DNA of 64,000 nucleotides from the human T2T-CHM13v2.0 reference genome, Homo sapiens, in assembly GCF_009914755.1 (NCBI RefSeq), contig NC_060942.1; one strand, 5' to 3'. The notes under the pieces are model-generated. The model had not been told where the DNA came from, searched no databases, and worked only from the letters and a program-made list of their open reading frames with translations. Positions within the stretch are counted from its first letter, which is position 1. The number at the start of each line of letters is the position of its first letter. The translations under genes and the position numbers were made by a program. Below, piece by piece: positions 55,511 through 64,000 of this stretch.

Positions 55511-57142
55511 TTGGCCTTATATGACCTCCAATAATATGAAAGCGGCTTGATTTTTGTACTCTTCATATCCTTTCCACAACTACAAACTTAACATTTAAGA
55601 TTGTAATGTTAATTTTTATGTCACATCTTTGTACAAGTAAAATAGAATTTTCATGAACAGTTTATTCAAAACAAGCAAACTGAGGTCTGACAAAACCCAT
55701 ATTGTGAAAATCTAACACCAATTTTATGAAATGGCACATATGTACTTGCTGCCTGCCCCTCTGCAAAGGTCAACCAGAGCAACGGAAATGAGTTGGAGGA
55801 AAAAGCCACTGGAAATACGAAAATGTACATCAAGTGGGCAAAAATCTTGGTATTTTTACAGCCTGAGTCAAGGCCCAAATCCAACAGGTGATAAGATTAA
55901 TTAAAAGATTAATTAAAAGAAAGTATTTCCATGAAATTTAAGGCTAGCTCAGCAGTATAAATTTTTACGTTGAATAAGTTAGAGAGCAAATCAAATAGGA
56001 CATTTAGTTTACCCCATTACTTTCAATTAGGAATGCTTATGGCTTCAGCTAATCTTTTCAAAAGACATGGAGAATATTGAAGTGTCCCCTTCAAAGACAT
56101 TGCTCACTGTTTCTCAATGACCTATTCCAGTGTTTAACAATTCTTAGGCAAGTAAGAATTGTATTGGTTTTGGGCAAAGATCACTGAACAATCTGAAAGC
56201 AAACAGTAGATACAATACAATCTTTCAAAACAATTATAAGGCTAAGAACCAAAAAACAGAGAGAATTCTTTTCTTGTTATAGAAGTAATCATTTCTCCAA
56301 GCTAATCAGTTCCTGGTATAGAAGGTGTCATTCACTCAAATTTACAGTCCCTGTGGTTTTGTACCCCTTCACCAGTTCCCATCCTTCCACCCCCACTAAA
56401 CACATACGCACTTTCAACATATTCATGGGATCCCTGTTGGTGGTTTACAAACCCATTTGCTGCTGGTGGATGCTGTCACTTCAACATCAAATCTGACACT
56501 TTTCATCCATTTCTACTGCTGGTCCAGAGGTGTGTGACCTGTCATCCAGTCCCTCACAGCTGGCTGTGTGTGACCTGCTAGACAAGGCAGGTATTGACAC
56601 CTAACTCTGCCTCTACTATGTGGACCCTGCTGCAACAGCATCACCTCAGATGCCCAGAGATGGCCTAAAGAGGCTCTAGTATCCGCCATTTTGCCCAAGG
56701 CTCCTCAGCCCCATAATTGTATTAAACATGTTTCATATCCAGGTAAGTCTGAATCAAACTGAAAAGCTAAATAAGATTGTGTGTAAGATTTTAATGTAAA
56801 TGTTATAAAGGAAATAAAAGACCAATATCTATGTACTTCAGAAAGGCTACTGATAAGTATTGAAATAATCTAAAGTATTTGTGAACTAAATTCTGTAGCC
56901 AGATGTAGAGCTTACAGCATACAATTTTGTGAAAAACAGATAGTTACTTTATGCTTTTTTGTTACTATGATTAGGTGAATGTGGGTTTTAATTGAGGAAG
57001 AGAAATATCCTAATTTAAGTTTTATCTACCAGTATTCTACACAAAAATGTTTGTGTATATAGATGTGTTTAAAACTGTACATATAAATAGAAATTTACAA
57101 CCAGGCAGTATCTTCCTTTGCTCTATTGCCAACCACATTTAA

Positions 57143-57328
<186 letters not shown>

Positions 57329-60149
57329 TAACTAAATTATTACACAGCTGCCTGTATGTCTCCCTTCTTCTAATCTCCTTGCACTTTGTGTCAGGGTGCT
57401 TTTATAAGGTTATTTTCAGCTATTTATTTTCTTTAGTGACTAACCACAAACTTCTTAGCATGACAAGAAGACCTTTGTAGATATAGTGCTCACCCTTTCT
57501 GCTGTTCTAGACACACCAAACAATTTGCTGTTTCCATGATGTGACAACCTTTTCTACATATTGTTCTCTACCCTTTTCTGTTCTACCAATTCTTTCCTGC
57601 CCTTGTCTGACCTCTATATATGATTCTAAATGTATAAGCTGTCACCTTTCTGTGCAGTTTCCTGACTCTCCTAATAATATGTATGTCCCTCCCTGCCATG
57701 CCATCCTGTCATTGCTGTGATGGCAACATTTGCAAATTATTATAGAACATTTATTTACTTGATTTTCTGTATTTGGGGATTAGAAGCTCTCTGATAGCTG
57801 GCATGTGACATTGCTCATAAATATGTTATGGAAATGTTAAATTAATTTGAAATTTGTTATCTTTATTGTTTCTTCCCAACTTCAGACTTCAATTACATGA
57901 TGATTATGAGTCAACTACATGAAAATATATGAGAGATGAAAAATTTAAGTACAATTTACAACGGGAAAATTTCAGTATAGACTCTATCATTTTGTTTCCT
58001 TTTGCTTTTATCCTGCTGGTATAGAAATATTATTAGATTTTTTTCCCTCAATTCTCATAATGTTTCTCTCTGTGCTGTGACAAAAAAAAAAAAAACTTCA
58101 CCAGTGTATTTTGAATAGAAAGCCTTCTACTGCTGAAGCTTTCTTGAATCTTTCTTCTCTAAGTTTATCAAATTAAACTTTATTTTTCTCCTTACTGAGA
58201 ATTATTATTTTTTCCCATTGAAAACTACAGAGGTTTGAAACCATGAAGAATCTATGACAGTATTGACTTTACATCCTCAATAAATATGGACAAAGGAACA
58301 TAATCATTAGTGGAACTTGGTGCCTAAAGATCTCTCAAAGAGTCATTAATTTGTCAATTTTAAATAACAGGAGTAAACTATTTTTAATAAATATTTTTTA
58401 AATTTTTTCCTCATTAAAATATTGTCTATAATGTTTTACGAACATTATGAGTTCTTTACTGACACTTCTTTGGAAAACATAAAATTTGTTTATAGATAAA
58501 AATTAATAGATTTTTGAGCTCTTTAAAGGAGAAACATTAAACACACATTTGCACATGGCACAAAATATGATGAGCATACCTAGTGAATGCATTTCCAAAA
58601 TAGCATAAAAAGTTTCATCATTCTGGTGAAATGAAATTCACATTAGTACCTAAGCATTTGGGGTTTCCTGTCATTTAAAACATTTTTAGGCTATTCATTG
58701 TAAGATGCATTCTTTGTTGAAGAACCAGTCCAAGTGGGGAGAAAAACTAAAAATCTAGTATAATACCTTGATTCAAAATGTGACAGTGATATTAAAGGGA
58801 CTGTACATCATTTCATCTCATGAAATCCTCATTATTTTGAAGAGATGTGAAATAAAATATTTGCCTTAATTCAAGGGGCCTTTATGTGCATGAGCTGTCA
58901 TACTTATCAGAGATTACTACAGAGTAATGACATTCAGCTCCAAAACCCATCTAGAAAAAGATAATTTTGAGTTAATAAAAACTCTTGTTTTGAGCCAGAT
59001 ATGACAATTAAAGAATGAGAGTATACTCTGGTACACTTTATCTGTGTTCTCAGATGAACAGGGCATGTGTATATCAGGAATCTCAGAGCCTCCCCCAACA
59101 GCTTCCTTATCCCAGCAGGTTCAGCCAGATCCTTGGAGGGCTATTGCCTTGATCTTAGCAGGAACATTCCTTCTTTAATCCAAGCAGTCGCAAACTCTAC
59201 CAAGGGAATACTATTCCTTTTGAGGCCGCAGACCACACCCATTCTTATCTGTAGGTGCAACCGAAGATGTCTCTACAGCTAGTGATTGTGCCAAGAGCTC
59301 CCAGTGAAAGGCAATCCATTTGGTGCAGGGATCTGCTCCCATAATACCAGGGGCTGTATCTTACATTAGTAATTCATAGGCTTGGCTCTTGTTAAGTTGA
59401 CATCCATGCATTGTGACAGCCTCACCTTGAAAATTTATATTTATTGATTTAAGAAAGAGCACCTGGGATGATGATATTTTTTATCACCTGAGCAAAAGGT
59501 GAGAACTCATTTTCCCTTTATAGTTTTTAAGGCACTGGACATATACTGCCCACAGCTTATGCTTTGGGGGGCAATAATAACTTCCTGTATCTTAACTTTT
59601 GTTTGAGTGCAGCACCCCACTCACATAACATTGAAAATATTTTGTAATATTCATGTATAATTTTTATTCTGATTTTTACCTGAATAAACTACTCAGACAT
59701 CATAGATTATCATTTCAATATTTAGGAATTAAAACTTTCCTATTATGCAGCTATTATGTATGTGTAAAGTTCATATTAGATGTTATGGAAATGAAGACAA
59801 ACAACACAAAACACTGGTTATAAGGATTTTATAATCTTTATTTATATAAGATTCAATTATGTCAAAACTACTATGAAATATAATATATCCTAATAGATAA
59901 GAGGAACGAGTGCAGCATTTACTTGAGTAGGACTTCACAAAGGAAAAAAGTACTTGAGCTGCATGGGATGTTCGTAATGAGTCTTAAAGAAATTATCTGA
60001 ATTAAGTTGGTAAAAAAGAAAAAAGAAAATATGTCATCTGGTGTAAAAGTCATGCACAAAGACATGAAGGTTTGACAGCATGTCATGATCTGGTGGCATA
60101 AAGAAGAGAACATCAGCTGGCTTTGCAATGATGTTGAGCATTATTTTAA

Positions 60150-60310
60150 TCTGGTCATTTGGACTTTCTGAAACTCAGCTTTTATCATTTGTAAAGGGGA
60201 GAGGATAAATATTGATAATTGATCATTGAAATGATAATTGATAAACACGAATTTAGTGAAAATTAATGATAGTGGCCATGAATAGCTATGCTGTTGGTAG
60301 CTATATTACT
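60150..60310 (+). mobile_element. MIR core relic
   Basis: CTTTCTGAAACTCAGCTTTTATCATTTGTAAAGGGGAG. Confidence 0.45.
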
Positions 60311-62619
60311 GACAGTATTAGAAGTCCAGTATGTTTGGAGGAGAGGATACTAAAATATGAGTATATTTAGCAGAATTTAAGAGATTTAGTTTCAACTAGA
60401 TTTATGTTTTATGATGATCCCTGCAAGTGATAGAGTGAAAATGTCTACACATAAATGCACATTTCAGCAATTATGTCATGTCCTCATTTTCCTCATCAAA
60501 TTATTAATATGGCCTTAATCCTGAGAAATGACTTGAATTTCTTCTCTGCCAGCTATCCTTGAAAAAAAAATAACCTTGAATTATCCCTGAGGCAAAAGAA
60601 GGGAAACCCTATACTCTGAAACAATTTCTTTATTTTCCCACTTCCCCCAAACTGCTTTGCAAGTTAACATAACACCTGTTAATAATCTTTCTTATGTTTA
60701 TAGAACTGAATTTTCAGCAACAGCTAAAGTTAAGATATTTAAACATCACGTCTCAGAAATGCATTCAAAATCATAAGTTTTATTTGAGTAAGGAATGAAA
60801 ATATATCTAAAATCAGTCTTTATGATCCATTATGTTAACCTTTCAAAATTTGAAATATAATAAACTGTAATCTCTGAGCTGAAACACTCTAGTGAAATGA
60901 AATGAGTTAATAAACATTTGTTCTATATTTAACTGACAGAAAATTTGAAGGCTGAATTAAAGCCAAAATCAATGGAATACAAATATGAATAGCACATTTA
61001 TACGACACGAAGCCAGAGTATTGTGAATATTTACTTTGGAACATAGAGGCTGAAGAGAAAAGAAAAATAGAATTTTATAGCATTTATATATTTGGAAGAA
61101 ATTCATTGATCAAGAACCAGCAGTGATATTGAATGCGTGTGTGTATGTGTGTGTGCACATTCACGTGTGATTTTTTTCTTGATTAGTAAAACTCTACTTT
61201 TCTTCCAGTCTAAATCATGATATAGGAAATAAAACCCCATCTGTCTATTGTATTCTTATAAGTCATATATCACTGCTACTGCTGTTAAGAAACCAGGAAA
61301 TAAAATTTTGGCAAAAGTTATTTCGGCAAAATTACCATAAAAAATGTATATAGTATATGTAAGTGAAAGTTTTTAGGTTCCTATTGGACACAGAATTATA
61401 AAACAAAGGAAAAAGCTACTGAGCTCTTTGCAAGAATAGATAATCAAATAACTGTATTTTAGGGCAGAATTTTTAATGAAATACAGGTTTCAGTCATATT
61501 TTTAGTTAGAATGAATATGCATATGCTAGATACCAAAATAGTATTAACTAATCTTTTTAAGATTCATGTAATTCTAAATCTTAGAAAGTAGTTTTGTATA
61601 AAATATTTCCTTGATTTGACTAATTTTTTTGTTATTTTCTCACTCAAAAAAAGCAGTAACATTTTCCATTTTTATAGTTATCCTTTGTAAAAGCACAGAT
61701 AAGAGTTTATTCAAAATTATTTTAAAATGTTTTCTGCAGCTAAGAAATTATTGACAAAACAAGTCTTAACTTTTTTTATATTTATATCTATTTTATATAA
61801 AACAATTTATAAATGGATAAAATTATTTTTAAAATTACATTTTGTAAAGATATGTTTAGTCTTTCAACATTTATATGTGTTTGTCAAAGAAAATGTATGC
61901 TTTTATTTTTACTGCTTTTAAATACAAGAACATATAATATTTCATTTATTCTAATATACATAGAGAGTACTTTATTCTCTAAAACATGGAAGGCTAAAAT
62001 TACCTACTAAAAGATAAAATGATTCAAATAATTTTCAAGAAATTTTATTTCATGATCCTTATTTTTAAAATAGTAATTTAGAATATATCTATTTATTTTC
62101 ATGATATAAAATTACAGTCACATATGTCATTTTTCTCACTTTAATTAAAATATTTATGTACAGTGTCTTCAACTATGCTTGGTCATTTCTGTGATTCTTG
62201 CTTTTTGCCTTTTATTTCAGTCATGAATAGTGTAGAGAACCTGCACTAAATTAAGATCTGTACAAATTGGGTGATGTCGAGTAATTTTTCAAAAAGCGTA
62301 GTAGGTTTTATTCTTTCAATCTCCCTGAATCAGTTATGTTTTCCACATTTTAAATTTCTCAATGTTTAAATAATTAAATAACCATATTTTTTTATTCCCC
62401 ACAAAGGACTTCTTTACATATAAAACAAAATTTCTCCTCAACAGTTTCACGTAACATAAGTTAGTTTAAGAAAAAATAGAATAAGGGCTTATTTCCTGAC
62501 CATTCAAAAAAGAAGAAAGAAAGAAGAGGGACAGAATGCAGAACTGGAGCTGAGAAAACTGATTTTGCAGAGGGATTCCAATGGGGAAAAACAGATATGT
62601 AGAAATCGGTAGCTGACTC

Positions 62620-64000
62620 TTGAAGAGAAATCCTGGAAAGTCAAAGTCAACAAAGAGACATCTTTAAAATGTCTAAAGAAAAAAACTATTTTTAAATGTG
62701 TTGAACATATTAAAATATGAAAGAAAAATAAAAGTGATTTAAAGTCAAATAAAAGCTGAGATAATTCTTCATTTGAAAACCAATAAGAAAAAATAAATAG
62801 CTAACACTAAAAGTAAGATGTTTAGGCTACAGGAAAATGATGCTAGATGTAAGAACAAAGTTGAAGAGAGAAAGGAAGATCACCAGAAGAGTGAGTGTAT
62901 AAATACTGATGACAAATCCACGAGAACAGTGTCTATTTGAGGTAAAAATAGTCATCATAAAAATAATGATAAATATCTACTGGACTTTAAAACACGTAAA
63001 TTATTTTATAACAGTAGCAAAAAAGAGGATTAGAGTTCAAATATATAATTGTCTTAGTCCATTTTGTGTTGCTATAACAGATAAGACTAATTTATAAAGA
63101 AAAGATATGTATTTGGCTTACAATTCTGGTGGTTGAAAAGTGTAATATTGGCCATAAGCATCTGGTGAGGGCCTAAGGCTGCTTCACTCATGATGGAAAG
63201 CAGAAGGGTAGCCAGCATGTGCAAAGATATCAAAGGGCTATAAAGGAAGGAAGAAGAGAAACCAGGGAAGCTGGATTCTTTTTAACAACGCACTCTTGCA
63301 GGAACTAATCCATTCCTATGAGAGGGAGAGCTCAGTCAACCCTATAGAGGGCATTAATTTATTAATGATGGATCCACCCCTGTGACCCAAATACTTCCCA
63401 CGAGGCTGCCCCTCCCAGCACTGCCATGTTGGAGATGAAATTTTAACACAAGTTTTGTCCAGAACAAAGCAAACCACAGCAATGTTTATTTGAATCCTTC
63501 TGCTAAATTATTGAGAAAATCATTTAACAGTATATAAGTAAAACGAAAGGCTACTAAGGGTGAGAAAATGGAATAATAAAAAAGATGATAAATACAAAAT
63601 CAGGTAGGAAAGTTGAAATAAAGGCAAAAAGGAAGCACATAGAACAAATCTTAAAAGAAAGCAAATAGCAAGATATAACCCAACTCTATCAATAATTACA
63701 TTAGATGTAAATGTGCTAAAATCTCCAACTACAATGTAAATATTTTTATACCGAGGTTTCAGTGTCAATTATACATTGTTTACAAGAAACACACATTAAA
63801 TAAATGGAAAGAAGTAAGTTGAAAGTTAAAAGATGAAAATGATATACTATGCAAGCACTAAAAGAAAGCTGATATTGTTATATTAATATCAGACAAAATA
63901 AAACCTAAGACAAGAATTTTTACAAGAGGTAAAGAGGGATGTTTTATAATAATAAAATGCTTAATTCAGATAGGGTATGTTGCAATCTTAAATTTGTGTG
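62620..64000 (+). mobile_element. Old L1M ORF1/ORF2-start remnant running off the window end, interrupted by an MST LTR
   Basis: ATCAATAATTACATTAGATGTAAATGTGCTAAA, TTTACAAGAAACACAC and TATTAATATCAGACAAAATA are degenerate endonuclease motifs. Confidence 0.75.
63050..63481 (-). mobile_element. MSTB2-like MaLR solo LTR
   Basis: TGTCTTAGTCCATTTTGTGTTGCTATAACAG...GCATCTGGTGAGGGCC...AAACCACAGCA. Confidence 0.87.

Overview
AT-rich, repeat-dense primate (most likely human) non-coding genomic DNA, either a gene desert or a very large intron. I can support no intact protein-coding gene, RNA gene or CpG island. The longer ORFs in the track come from L1, Alu or LTR sequence. The dominant feature is a ~4.9 kb L1PA3-like LINE-1 (27889-32790) with a 5' inversion typical of twin priming, including a resolvable junction microhomology and target-site duplication (TSD). 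The window also holds ~10 Alu/FLAM copies, ~15 LTRs (THE1, MST, MLT1, LTR9-like, LTR33, LTR40, LTR42-like, and a MER67-like 3' LTR with PPT and an env remnant), older L1M/L1PB pieces, L2/MIR relics, a MER58 and several microsatellites. The most notable leads are an unexplained ~67 bp dispersed duplication, LTRs retaining OCT4 or DUX4 motifs, a strong LTR strand bias, and a 120 bp candidate exon. I found no convincing previously undescribed biological system. Subfamily names come from recalled consensus sequences and need RepeatMasker/Dfam confirmation.
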